In this document: piece after piece, positions 1 to 11,899 of the stretch
How the letters are laid out: each line of letters begins with the position of its first letter
Position numbering within the stretch: position 1 is the first letter of the stretch
DNA from: Pseudogymnoascus verrucosus
Taxonomy: Eukaryota
Length of the DNA stretch: 35,390 nt
Assembly (NCBI GenBank): GCA_001662655.1
Contig: KV460225.1
Direction: 5' to 3' (one strand)
Made by a program: the position numbers and the translations under genes
The notes under the pieces: generated by a model
What the model was told of the DNA's origin: nothing
Databases searched by the model: none
What the model saw: only the letters and a program-made list of their open reading frames with translations

Positions 1-899
1 CAAAGTGTGCAGTATGGTTTGCCCTGATTAGGTAAATAGAGGAATGATCAAGTAGGAAAGAGGCAAAAAGTGGCATCGTTAATTATTTTTAATCCAATTC
101 CCCATTATAGTCCATATCCGTCCACGTCCTCAGGAAAGTGACGCGCAAATGATTCTTCATTCTTTCGTCCCTAAGAATAACCCCTACTCCATGTCTGCCA
201 AGTTACTCTGGTTTCAGTAGAGGATTGTGCTACGAACCCTAGGAATGCTTATTGAAGGACAAACTACTATCAGATGTAGTCACATGAGGCAATATGACGT
301 GTGCTCACAATCTCAACTCTGGTAACCTCTAATATCTTGCGGCAGGCTCCCTATCTCCGTGCACCTAAGAGTGATCCACGGTATCATTTCAAGATGGAGA
401 AGGCACTTCCCAACTTCAGTTGGAGCCTATCTCCAGGATGATTTCGTCGGGAAGGCGGCAAAAAGGTATGTCACCCATCACGTATATTGACTGGTATGAG
501 GGGTTATCATCGCATCGCGATGTATGTATTACCGACTGTCGGTGAGTCCGAGATGAGCTAAGATAATAGGGTTATCATCAAATACGAAGTAGATTCTGAA
601 GGCGAAAACTCATGAGGGATGAAACTGGAGTCGGAGGTCTAGGTCTGTGGAGCGTTATGAGTTATGATGCCGGACTGTGTGATCGTGGAGGTTGAGGAGA
701 TGCAAGGCGAGCTGTGGAAGATGTGTCGGGGGATGTTGGAGAGAGGAGAGATGAGAGAACAGAGAGGGATAGTGATGAACTTATATTTGAGGCGGGGTAA
801 GGGTTCGCGATTCCTTGCATTTCAGCTGGTTGAGGCGCAGCCTTGCAGCTTGTTGGTAGTCACGGGCACACGCACCACTCCAGCCAGGTGCCTCAGTAT

Positions 900-1098
900 A
901 TACTATTTTCGACAGGCTTTTGTCAGCATATTTTTGCCCCAGAATAGTAAAGAGGTACCCAAAAAAAGTTAGGTACCTGCAATTAAAGGTACCTGACTTT
1001 TTTCAGGTACCCAAAATAAATCAGGTGCCTGCTTCTACAGGTACCTTACATTTCTCCGGTACCTATAAAAAATCAGGTACCTGCTTTTAAAGGCACCT
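900..1098 (+). repeat. Left terminal-inverted-repeat-like module with an array of 9 AGGT(A/G)CC(T)-type palindromes
   Basis: ATACTATTTTCGACAGGCTT (900-919) is the exact reverse complement of 27917-27936, and gapped similarity continues to about 1011. Motif starts are at 953, 971, 987, 1005, 1023, 1039, 1057, 1075 and 1091. Confidence 0.8.
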
Positions 1099-1113
1099 GA
1101 CATTTCTCCGGTT

Positions 1114-1202
1114 CTTCAACTCGTTACAATAGCGCACTTGAAGCGATCCGATGCTCCTCTCTGAAAAAGCACGAATAAACGCCAGATGGATCTCTTTCCA
1201 CG
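1114..1202 (-). pseudogene. 89-bp fragment of a Myb/SANT-domain gene paralogous to 9929-10017
   Basis: 79/89 nt identical to 9929-10017 by hand alignment. It translates on the minus strand as SWKEIHLAFIRAFSERSIGSLQVRYCNELK versus SWKEIHRAFIRAFSDRSIGSLQVRYCNELK. Confidence 0.85.
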
Positions 1203-1210
1203 GCACGCCA

Positions 1211-1237
1211 ATGATGACTAATTGCGTTAGTCATCAT
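1211..1237. promoter_or_regulatory. Perfect 11-bp inverted repeat containing two AP-1/Yap1-like TGACTAA sites
   Basis: ATGATGACTAA-ttgcg-TTAGTCATCAT, about 550 bp upstream of the beta-lactamase ATG. Function is inferred only. Confidence 0.35.
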
Positions 1238-1780
1238 AACCCAGCTGATCAGGCGCGTTTCGGCCTTTGAGATGTGCTGAGCTTTTTCTCGCTGACTCCT
1301 ACTAGCAACAATTTGAGTGCGTTGTAGATGACCCTATATCGGATGCAGTAAGCCTGCATGCTTTAATTGCTTCCAGTATGTACTCACGTATCGTGGAAAT
1401 TTTGCTCTCCCACGCCGCGCACGGTCAGTGCCACTCCCTTTTGAAGCTCGGACGTAACTGTAATTCCAATATAGAAGCAGGTACAGGATTCAGCTGCGAC
1501 AAAATAATATCCCTTTCATTTATAGGTAATATCATCAACAACATGACAACAATGGGTGGAGGATCATTGGATGGAGGATCGACAACCTTAAATGGGGGGA
1601 AGATGGTGCGGGTTTGCGGGATAATCCCGCCTTTTAAAACGTTTCCCCAATTAGGCAGGCCAACACGACAAGTTAAGGCACCAGGAACACCATACTTACG
1701 TGGTCACACTCCACATACATAGCACTCCCTAGTAAATTACAATTATTTCTAGATATATCACAACAATAAAGATCTCTAAA

Positions 1781-2971
1781 ATGGGCCTCGATAACGGCGC
1801 AAGCGCTACTATCCATAAAGTGGAAGAGGCGAACCTCATAGCTGCCTTAGAGGAAGCCGTTCAAGCTGGCCTTCCCGGCATTTCTTGCACCATTGCTACA
1901 AAGAAAGGTGTTATATGGCAGGGCTGTGCCGGAGATGCAGATATCGACACTGGCTCACCCATTGAGGAGCGGCATCTGTTTGGGATCGGCAGCATCACAA
2001 AAGTATTTATGAGCGTCATCGCATTGCAACTTGTCGAGGAAAACCGGCTGGACCTGGGGAGAAATATTGGAAGTTATCTTGATTCAGCCGTTACGGATGG
2101 GATAGCGAATGCAGCGTCTGCAACGATACCTTCGCTACTGAACCACACGAGTGGAATTGCAAGCTGGGAGGACGATCCGGTGTGGATCCGGGAAGGGAGA
2201 GGGCGAGACGTTGACCCGGCGCGGATCTGGGGCAAAACAGATGCCTTAGAATATATTCGTTCCAAAGCCGCTCAAGAAGAGCAATCAATAGCGGACGCCC
2301 CGGTGCCGGGAAAACACTCGTACAGCAATACAAACTTCACCTTCCTTGGCCATGTCATCGAGGCTGTTACGGGAAACCCCGCAGAAACCGAGATCCGCTC
2401 ACGCATTATCAAGCCCTTAAGCCTCGAGTCCATATACCTCGAAGGCTTTGAGAAATCTACAGCGTGCCTCGTTCCGCACCGTTACCACTTCGTCAGCCCG
2501 GAATTCCGCGAGACGGCTGGCGTCTCGCCTCAGTTTCCTTTCGCAAAGCCGGATCTCATTGACGCGAGCAAGTCAAATCTTTCCGTCGAGTGGGTAGCAG
2601 GCGGCATGCTTTCGAGCAGTGCAGACCTCGCAAAATTCTTCTTGGCCCTTCGTGATGGGAGGCTGCTTACGCCGTCCAGTATGAAGCTCATGGCCACCTG
2701 GATACCGACAGGAAGACAGGGCTCAGAAGTTTCCCATGGCTTATTTCGCACCGACAGGAAGAATGGGGCTACAATTGGCCACGATGGGGGCGTGCTTGGG
2801 TTCACGGCGTTTGCGTGGTGGGCGGAGGAGGGCGATTGCGTCGTTACTGTCCTTTGCAATGTTGGGGTCATGCACTGCGGAAAAGAATTGCCCGCGCCAA
2901 TTATCGGACGTGGAGATACGTTTGTAGACTTAGCAAAGGCGCTGGCAAATAGGTACAATCTTGCCTCATGA
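1781..2971 (+). CDS. Beta-lactamase/transpeptidase-like serine hydrolase (class C / D-peptidase-like), 396 aa, intronless
   Basis: SxxK motif (GSITK), LLNHTSG, YxN motif (YSNTNF), AGGMLSSSADLAKF and HxG-like motif (GHDGG). The ORF is uninterrupted. Confidence 0.92.
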   Translation: MGLDNGASATIHKVEEANLIAALEEAVQAGLPGISCTIATKKGVIWQGCAGDADIDTGSPIEERHLFGIGSITKVFMSVIALQLVEENRLDLGRNIGSYLDSAVTDGIANAASATIPSLLNHTSGIASWEDDPVWIREGRGRDVDPARIWGKTDALEYIRSKAAQEEQSIADAPVPGKHSYSNTNFTFLGHVIEAVTGNPAETEIRSRIIKPLSLESIYLEGFEKSTACLVPHRYHFVSPEFRETAGVSPQFPFAKPDLIDASKSNLSVEWVAGGMLSSSADLAKFFLALRDGRLLTPSSMKLMATWIPTGRQGSEVSHGLFRTDRKNGATIGHDGGVLGFTAFAWWAEEGDCVVTVLCNVGVMHCGKELPAPIIGRGDTFVDLAKALANRYNLAS

Positions 2972-3496
2972 GTAGTTTAGAGAGAATGATGAAAGCTTTA
3001 TTCATGCGGATGTGCCGCTTAGCTTACATTTCATTTCGCGCATTTTGCTTCTTATCTGCCCCGTTTCATTACTCCTGATTTTGGAAATGTGATCCTTCCC
3101 GTGGTGCGATATTACAGGTGACCTCCTCACCAAGCGTTCAAGTGGCTTTTAGTGCAAGGGTCAACATTGATAGTTATGTTGTCTCGCCTGGAGATCTCAT
3201 ATTATGATTCATACTCATGCATCATGCTACGAGGATCTTTGGACGAGACGGCCTACTCATCAGTGATAACCATGCACTAAACGCCGCTTACAATGTTCGA
3301 TCATGACGTCAACTGCGAGGAAAGGCGCCATTTCAGGAGGATCCAACACAGCTAAAACCAGTAACGTGACTATATTTAGTCATCGATTATGTGTCGGGAG
3401 AAGGGCTCAGCCGGCGGGGATGCGGGTGCAGTATGACAAGCTGTGCGCAGGAGCGGATGGTACACTTTGCAGCGCTGCCTCAAAAGGGGGGGGGGA

Positions 3497-4166
3497 CTAG
3501 TACATAGGGTAGCGGGACCCGAAGCGCTCCTCAAACGCCTCATCGAAACCGCGTACTGTGCGGACCGCCACGCGGTAGAAGATGAATGGGGAGATGACGA
3601 AGAATAGGCGCGTGGTGCTGCGAGGGGTATCAGCTCGGGGTAGCGCTTGGGGGGGAGGTGTGTCTTACGTGTTAGCGATCAGGAGGGCGAGACAGGCGCG
3701 GCGCTTGGCGTCTGACAGGCTGTCGTGGGTGACTCCGTCGTGGAGGGCGGCACGCTGGTGGGACGTGACGAGGAGGGTGGCGACGAGGTAGAGGGGAAAG
3801 GCGACTTCGTCGTAGAGGCTGAGCAGGGAGTAGCGGAACATATTTTCGTCGGTACCGAAGCGGCAGGTGACGAGGAACTCGCTGGCGTCGCCGATGAGTG
3901 CGAAGAGGCACTTCGGGGTGTTAGTCTTAGTATTAGCTGTTGCGGGGGGGACGTGCACCGAAGACGCCGAGGAAGGGGACCCAGGCGACGGGATGGGGGG
4001 TCGAGGGGTCGAAGGCGGGGATATAGATGCTGTGGGAGGGGAACGAGTATAGGGCGAGGAGGAGGGAGGGGATGCGGAGGAGGAAGAGGATGAGATGGAG
4101 ATATTCGACAAGGCGGCGGCGGCGGAGGAAGCTGCGGTGGGTTGTGCCTAGTGGGAGGGTGAACAT
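3497..4166 (-). CDS. Hypothetical multi-pass membrane protein, about 190 aa, 3 exons (4166-3957, 3910-3669, 3617-3497)
   Basis: GC-rich coding bias and several hydrophobic helices. Intron 2 is canonical (GTAAGA...CTGAT...CAG). Intron 1 keeps frame only with a GC donor (GCACGT...CTAAC...AAG). Confidence 0.7.
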
Positions 4167-4717
4167 GGCGACGGCGTGGTGGTGAGGTAGTCGAGAGTTA
4201 CATGCGTTTGAGAGACTGAGGAGTGATGGGGAGGACGCGGAGGAAGAGGTTGGCTTTGGAGATATAGTGCCAGACCTTCACTACATTCACGCGACATTCC
4301 CGCACAGCCTTGCCGTCACAGTCATTCCCCTCTGCCAAGGAGCCTTATATCTAGATATCATGCACAAAGCCCGTTGCGCACAGCCTCACCCTCACCGACA
4401 CGTAATGTATTGTAAGTCGCTCCCTCCCAATGAAAGAGCGTGGTGCCAGAGTATGACTAGAAATCACATGGTTTCAGCCGAATACATTTAAATCGTGCCC
4501 GGGTAGGACGGTACTGTGTCTTTTCAGCGTGCACCGTACATATCACGATTATGTGTGTGGGCATCGCATTGGACAATCAAGCTTCATTTTAACATGCTTA
4601 CCATCAGCCACGGCCAAATATCCGCCCATATTATGCCATCCAGATTGTCGGCGCTAAAACATTAATCCCGAGGGAAGGCGCTTTGATGCTCCGTAAATCT
4701 ACAGGCAATATCTATCT

Positions 4718-6044
4718 TCAGGTCTGCGAGCTTTTCCTGCTCGGCAGATCCCAGCTGTTCTCCGTCTCTGCCGTACTATGTTCCGCAGTCCTTTGCCTCA
4801 TCCCCCTCCCATCATCCACACTGATTGTGACCTCTCCCTTAACCTTGATCTTATCCAGCCCATACAGGTTCTCCACGCTGTCTCCGCCCTGACTCCTCCG
4901 ACCGCCGCCTAGCCTACTGGCGCCCCCGGGCCCCGCCTCGACCGTGGTAACCGTCCCAAATGTGTGCCCCTTTCCCATGAATGCAAAGGTCTCCAACCCA
5001 ATATCATCTGACGGCGGGTATGCCGTAAACACAATGTCCGCCCTCGTAGTCGCATATAGCAAGACGTCAAGCCAGCCGTTGCAGGCGATCATCGACCCCG
5101 CCACGCAGAAATACGCCAATGAGACCTCGTTCCCAGCCAACGCTGCTATCCGACCGATAGCGAGTGGCGCAGTACAGATGATATAGATGACGGGGTAGAG
5201 GATCATAAGAGGTGTCGCATGGTGGATCATCTGGCTGGACATATCCTCCCCCCGAGAGCGAGCGCGCAGGTAGATGAAGATGGTGGCGTAGATCAGGACG
5301 CTGCTAAACATGCAGACGAAGATCCAGAAATAGTGAAGCCAAAGACGCTCGTTTTGGTAGGCATCATTAATCCAGCACTTTTGGCCGAGTCAGTTGGGAA
5401 GTAGGATAAGGGGGGTCAGGGGAAATACCCATGCGCTGGCTCGGACGTAGAAGTCATACCGATGGACGAGGGGTCCGATGAGTGCCATCACGTATACGAA
5501 TGTCCAGAGGCCGGCGATGCAGCAATAGAAAGCCACGGTGGGCAATCTATAGTCCTTTACGACGCCGAAGAATGTGTGGACGGCAATTGCGCATATGAAT
5601 ACGCTACTTGCGAGATCTCCAGTGGAAACAAACCTAAGCTACCGTCAGTTTCAACTTCGTCTGATCACTTCACAAAACGAACCATCCTTGCGCGAAACAC
5701 ATCGATGATCCTACTTCAATCGCATTGTGCCTTAAAGCATGAATGTTGAGGACGAAGGCGATCGCTTGTTGGATATCTGCGAATAACATTTAGCAAGAGG
5801 CTTTGAATCGGCATGGAATTCTCTGACCAGCGAAGAGGAGGTTGTAGATAAGGAACAGGAACTGATTTATAGGCCCCTTCACCGCAGATTTGCGCCGCCA
5901 TGATATCAAACGGAACGTTAACCATAGGAATAATGAAGTCGAGCTGATGAAAGACAATAAACCGAACGTCGACACTGGTATCAATCCATGAGAAAGGACA
6001 GCAGGAAGTGGTGACAATGACCTGCTCGCAGCGTCGAGTGCCAT
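4718..6044 (-). CDS. 7-TM G-protein-coupled receptor, Git3/Gpr1-like (fungal GprC/GprD-type), about 391 aa, 4 exons (6044-5828, 5776-5683, 5633-5429, 5377-4718)
   Basis: The spliced translation gives NLLFADIQQA, CFAQGWFVSTGDLASS..IAVHTF, RASAWCWIN, HYFWIF, MILYPVIYIICTAPLA and GWLDVLLY. Three canonical introns give a 1176-nt open frame. Confidence 0.88.
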
Positions 6045-7517
6045 AGTGGCTTCCGCCAGCAGGAAGCGGGAACATCGAGGGATGTCAGATTTCCTGCAAC
6101 ACCGTAGCAATTCGTAGCAGCCCCACTAGTCTTGGCCTTAATAGGAAGGAAGCTGTTGTCTGATCCAGGCTCCATAATTTCCTATTCCGGATAGCATCTA
6201 CTACAGTGTAGGAGCAGCGATCACTACTGCATATAGCATAGTTAAAATTAAAAGTAGCTAGTGTTAGCAAATATGAGGTTCAGTGCGAGTTGAAGGGAGT
6301 CAAATGTTGGGAGTCCATATTTGGCCTAGCGCGGGGCTCGTGGAGAGCTTCGTTTAAGAAGCTCATTTTGAGCAGCTTGACTGGTCAGACTCTTGAACAT
6401 GGATGAGGCAATGTAGAAACGTCATGTTATCCAAGTTGCCAATAGCTGCAAGGAGCTGAATAATTTCAAGGACTGAGGAATGGATTGCTCTACATTCTGC
6501 CACTTCGGGCCCGGGAACATAGACCTCAATCGGACGGGCAAGTTATTCATTCTAGTATCATTAGTCCATCGTCTCCTATCCCCATATCGTATCCATTCTG
6601 TATATACGAGCGAGCGAGGTAGCCTCCGCAATGGACGGCAATTGCCAAAATGCAATGGTCACGGCTGCCGAAGACGTTGTCGATTACTCCTTCATCGACA
6701 AGGAGCTGCAGTGGGAGGCCCTAGAGGCCGCCGGGTCAAACATGGCGTTGCGTTATCCATAGTGCAACAAGCGACTTGCCATGGAACTCATGTCTGAGGG
6801 AGGGCATGAACATAATGAGGTCAAGTTTAGCGACATAGAAGCTGTTGGCATGCTCCTGAGAAGTTCGCGTCGGTGTTCGGAGATATGGTCCCTTCGTTCA
6901 CGTGATCTTCATAAGTGTAGTCACCGCTTTATATTCTGCCATTAACTTAGCCTCTTGTGGTTTGGTGTGCAGATATATGGCTCAGAGATCTCTGTTGGTG
7001 GAGATGGCAGGTCTGTTATACGGCTCCTCATATTATCACTAGCTGGATGCGGTGAGGGTATGCGGTAAGGGCTGGAGTACTCGTCGTCCATCGGGATGAA
7101 GTGAATGAAGAAGGAGTCGGGTATCAGGATCATGGACTCGCTTGTCGACAGGTGTGCTGTAGCTACTCGAGTAGCCGCCTGTATTGGAATGCGATACTGC
7201 GACCGTAGCCCGTCCTGGAGACATGCATGAGCTCAGCATCATTCTGTTGGCATCGTGCAGTCCACATTCATTTGATCCACCATGTCAACGAGGCAGAATC
7301 GCTTTCTAGGGCTTACGTTTAGATGGAGATATGCTGAATTTGAACGTGGCTCCCATGCTCCAGATTACTAATCCAGTCAAACATTGGTGAAGCCACATCT
7401 AGAAGAGTATTTCAGGCTCTAATGTTTCTGGGCCACTGCAGCCCATACTTACCTGCTGAAGTAGAAAGGCGAATTAATCATATTTACGGTGATCTCCAAT
7501 TCTTGTGAGTGTTTGTT

Positions 7518-7580
7518 GTGTTATTTGCTGTTATTTGTAGCGCCGTGTTATTTGTACCATCTCGTTATTTGTAGCATACC
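7518..7580 (+). repeat. Short tandem array of GTTATTTGTA(C/G)C, about 17-bp period
   Basis: 3-4 copies are visible. The same motif recurs at 26806-26960. Confidence 0.6.
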
Positions 7581-7811
7581 ACTATCTGAGAAGGAGGGGA
7601 AATGGCGGGTTGTAATCAATCACCTGAGCCCGGTACCGGACTGTGTCTTCCATGCCTTCAACGATATATGATGCTCCACCGCACATACCTTTCGCGCTTG
7701 GTCTTTTAATGGTGTGGGGCCAAAGCGCGGCGGATTTCCTTGTTGACGCGCTTCCTTGCGCCAGCAAACCGGGCCGACGCTAACAGGGTTGTCACTCTAT
7801 TTTTGAGAAGC

Positions 7812-7842
7812 GGAAGGATCAGTGTGGATCACTGATCCTTCC
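7812..7842. repeat. Perfect 13-bp hairpin/inverted repeat
   Basis: GGAAGGATCAGTG-tggat-CACTGATCCTTCC, about 235 bp upstream of the 8076 gene. Confidence 0.7.
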
Positions 7843-8075
7843 AAATGCCAGAAATGAGCCAATAGAAATACAAAGCGAACAGCAAAGTCCAGATCCTTCC
7901 GAATAAATACCCCAGCTGGGGGACAATCTCAATTTCCCTGTTTTGTGCTCAAGCCGAAGGAAGGGCTGGGCAGTTTCAATCTGCTCCCCTATTTCTGCTG
8001 ACTGGCAGCGCTCCATGCTGATAATCATGTTCTTCATGGACAACCGTCGCTGTCTCCAAAGAGCAATCAGTCAAT

Positions 8076-9066
8076 ATGTTGTGCGATAGAGCTCTTCTCC
8101 TATCGGTGCTCTTCGCCCACCTCCCCTTGGCCATATCACAAACCTGTGTGTGGAAGGACGGCACGACAGCGACAGATTATGTGCCATGTCGAACTGGCGC
8201 AACATCAGGCACATGCTGCCACGCCGGTGAAGCCTGTCTCGCATCTGGATTATGCTACGGCGCGCCTGGATTGATATACCGCGGCGCTTGCGTCGACAGC
8301 TGGGACACACCAGACTGCCTGACATACTGCAAAGAATGTAAGCAAGCGCGCCCTACCGCACACGTGAAATAGCGCTGACAGGCGCGCCTTGATAGCCCTG
8401 CCTTACTGGGCCAACATCTACCCGTGTAACGAAGGGCTTGGAGCCGACAACCCCTCAAGGTTCTGGTGCGGCAGCCCTACACTGAAAACGTGTAGTGTAG
8501 ACGAGGGCAAGCTCTTCAAAGTCAGCCCTGGTGTGGCCGTGAAACTCATCCCCAGAGTCTCCACGACTGTGGCGTCATCCGCGCAGACATCGTCGCCCAG
8601 ATGCTCCTTGCCGACCTCGACCTCCGCATCATCCAAAGTAGCAGCGAGGAACCCCGACGGCGTCGCCTCCTCAGACAAGACCACATGCTCAGGCGCAACG
8701 GAAGCAGAGAAAATCCACTTCGCAAACTCCGTCACGGCGGTGGGAGCCGGCGTAGGAGTCCCATTCGGCGTTCTCGCCCTGGCGTTTCTGGGGCTCTTCC
8801 TGAACGAGCGGCGCCTGCGGAAGAAACTGACGAAGCCAACCGATGTGAGCGGCCCTGGCGTTGCATACGGGCCCGTTAATAGCACATACCAAGGCCCGGA
8901 TTACGGCCAGGGACAGGTCCCGGTACGCGGCCAAGAACAAGAACAAGTGCAATACGTGTATAAGCCCGAGAATGAGATGCCTGCGAACTCGGATCCGGCG
9001 CACGAGCTCACAGGAGGCCATCACCGCCCTGTTCATGAGCTTGGGGGTCAGAATTACCCATTGTAG
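8076..9066 (+). CDS. Type I membrane/cell-surface protein, about 310 aa: signal peptide, Cys-rich ectodomain, Ser/Thr stalk, one TM helix; 2 exons (8076-8337, 8396-9066)
   Basis: Signal peptide ending AISQTC, C..CC...C...GLC...YRGAC.D.W..C motif, and TM segment AVGAGVGVPFGVLALAFLGLFL followed by RRLRKK. The intron GTAAGC...CTGAC...TAG keeps frame. Confidence 0.85.
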
Positions 9067-9898
9067 TTTTATGTTGATGTGTAGCCATCAATTAGTGTCA
9101 ATTTTCAATTTGAATGGCAATTTACAATACCCTCGTACAGTCCGGTGTACTCATGCCGCCCAAGTCCGAATTTAGTTTGATCGTGAGAATTAATATCCGG
9201 GTTTGAGCTGATAGAAATTGTTATTTTGACAATGTTTTGAATAACTAGCCAAGAAAATAAGCTCGTCATAGAGATCCGATACGAGGCGTGTCGCAAAATG
9301 TGGATGGCGTAAGTAGATCATGCTAGATGGAAGGCTTTGGAGATGGACTATTCAAGCGATGTAGTCAGGTGATCGCGTGGAGACGGGCGGGGACTCGGGC
9401 TCCAGCATAGATCAGCGCGACAAGTATTCGTACAATATGTTGAGGAACGGAACTATGGTTGAGGTGGAGCGGAGATAAGTCTGTCGCGTGCCTGCTGTCA
9501 TCTATACTGGAAAGCTACTGCGACTGTACCATGCAAGTTCCCAGAAACACTCGAACTTGCAGAGTGGTTGGATATCGAGCTCTTGTCAAACAGGCAGATA
9601 ATCTCAACATCTAAACTATACGTATTCAGCATAGCGCCCACGCTTAGTTCCGGTCGATTTCCACCCGTTCACCATCGGTGGTCGCCTCTACCCTGCACTC
9701 TTTAGCTAACCGTTTGAAATCCAGGGCAATATAATTACACATCTTACGCCTTTCCAGTCGATATGGCCCCTCAAGCAAAGCCAAGCGCCAAAAGGTTGGG
9801 CGGTAACCTTCGGCGCCAAAAGACCACGTCAAGCCATCGTTGGTCGTTATATTATATAAGAATTGATAGGGTTTCAATGACTAGGCGGAACTATTATT

Positions 9899-11737
9899 CT
9901 ATTCCTCATCAGATTCAGAGTCTCTGTCCTTCAACTCGTTGCAATAGCGTACTTGAAGCGATCCGATGCTCCTGTCTGAAAAGGCACGGATGAAAGCCCT
10001 ATGTATCTCTTTCCACGACAAGCCCTTCTTCTTGAGGCGCATTAGCAAATTATCTTCTTCCGCTGTATATTGGAGACGTCCACGCTTTCTCTGCTTCTGC
10101 AGATCTGGCCGTGGCCTCTTTGCATGAGATGCGCAAACCTGTGTATGAGCTGATCCTCCAGCTGGTTCCCTGCTAGACGTGGGATTTGATATATGGAGAC
10201 CGATCGATGGTCTGAACGAATCTGGAAGGTCTAACAGCCTGAACTCTAGGTTGTAAGTTGTCTCTCGTCCAATCCTCACGCACTTGAGGAAGCCCTGCAA
10301 AGGGTATTCTTGGTAGTCTGCACCTATTGACTCTGTATCGTCTGGTGAACTTCGAGAACCTGTAGAACCTCGAGTAATGCAGGTCTGGGCTTGGGCTATA
10401 GTGGACGAGCGCGTGTGGACCTTCTTGCGGGTGGCGGTTTCAATCGCGTCAGACTCTCTGCGGCGCCGCTTTTGTTGTATTGGAGGTCGCACATCCTCGT
10501 CCTCGTCATCTTCACTATCCTCATTGTCGTTATCCTCATTATCACTTTGATATGGTTTGAAACTGTGTTGGCGGTCTTGTGAGAGAGGGGCCACAACTAC
10601 GGTCTCGTCTTCCACTCGTTGGTGTGGAATGCTCTCCTTTATTTGCTGGCAGTAGCTAATCGCAGTCTTATCGTCGCTGCTGGTCGCCTCTATGTCGTCC
10701 TCCTGTTCGTCTTCTTGCTCGTTTTGTTGGCACTGCTGCTGTTCTATCGTCTTTTTCCACAATATATCATCAGTCGAAATACCTCGAACTTCTGTATTAT
10801 TTTGGGTTTCCTGGTTCAGCGGATTGCATTGGGAGTGAGCTGCGCTCGAAGGCGGCGACCCTTCTGCTTCTTTTGAAGTTTGTCGTGGTTCATTCTCGAT
10901 ATCGTAGACGTTGCCACAGTCGCACGATCCACCAGCCCTCTCGCGTAGTGGAGAAGGCCTCCTTTCGTCGACTATGGCCTTCTCGACACCCTGGTAAATT
11001 TGATCATGACCCGTTGTCTCAGCTAGCTCAGAGCAACTTGGAGAAGGTCGTCGAACGTGAACAGGGAATGTCGAGTCTAGCTCTGCGAAAGACAGGCGTT
11101 GTTGTCCATCCTTAGAGAAACAATCGGCATTGAGGTATTCCGAGTTTCGAGGAGTGGACGGGCCAAAGAGACTGCTCGGGGTAGAGGCGGTATCTTGAGT
11201 GGCCAGGCCATTCTCGCTCGCATCTTGGTCTCCTATGCTGGCAAGGACATCGCTCGAGGCAACCCTAAACTCAACTTCATCGTCGCTTTCATCGTCGCTG
11301 TCATCTTCGATGATTAGGGGTTCTCCTGCGTGGAATTAGTAACGTGTATAGGCATACAAAAGCGAGCTGAGAAACTTACTTTGATTATTGCCTGGCACAT
11401 AGACCGAGTTTGGGGTTGTGGCATCAGTAAGCAGGCGGCTCTCGTCGATCAGTTGGCTCTTTGAGATATGGAGGGGCTTGTGGTTCTGATGTGGCATCTG
11501 AGGCGTATCTCCGTTTCGAGGAGGCTGGAACAACTCATCAAGAGATGGAAGAGAGTCATCTAACGAGTCGCCATCTTGAACATTCCGTGCTAACTCTGCG
11601 TCTCTAGGTGGTGATATGCTGGGTTGTAGAGACGGTAGGTGCTTGTTCAACACCGACCTCGTCAGCTAAGTGTGTGAGGCCTTCAATGCAGGATTAGGGT
11701 TATAGAATTCAACACGGTTTATATTCACAGTATCCAT
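9899..11737 (-). pseudogene. Myb/SANT-domain protein gene (about 594 aa; exons 11737-11380, 11325-9899) with one in-frame TAG at codon 24; type associated with Starship-like regions
   Basis: C-terminal Myb-like repeat YTAEEDNLLMRLKKKGLSWKEIH...RSIGSLQVRYC, acidic tracts, and DDSLPSLDELF and EYPLQGFLKCVRIG motifs. The intron is GTAAGT...CTAAT...CAG. Exon 2 is fully open. The TAG at 11668-11666 is consistent with CAG->TAG RIP, and a downstream ATG could rescue expression. Confidence 0.8.
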
Positions 11738-11899
11738 GCTAAACAGAGTAGGACGCTAAGTGGGATAATGGTCTTTATAACGTGTCTCTCGAGCGGAAAT
11801 GGAGGAGCTTATATAGAGATTCAGACAGTCGCTCTACACTGTTGCTGTGACTCGCTAGAATCCGCGAGCCCATTTGCTTACTCTATACTCTGTGTCACC

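Noticed and set aside
953..1098. Regularly spaced repeats resembling a CRISPR array
   Set aside because: The repeats are 8 bp with 8-10-bp spacers, the context is eukaryotic, and there are no cas genes.
664..1722. Track ORFs 664-972 and 1378-1722
   Set aside because: They have no recognisable domain and overlap purine-rich UTR-like, repeat and promoter DNA.
7445..7455. ATACTTACCTG identical to the U1 snRNA 5' end
   Set aside because: No U1 stem-loops or Sm site follow. It is more simply a minus-strand CAG|GTAAGTAT splice-donor-like sequence.
9644..9877. 77-aa minus-strand ORF downstream of Myb, considered as a DUF3435 captain remnant
   Set aside because: No tyrosine-recombinase R-H-R-H-Y motifs are recognisable here or elsewhere in the window.
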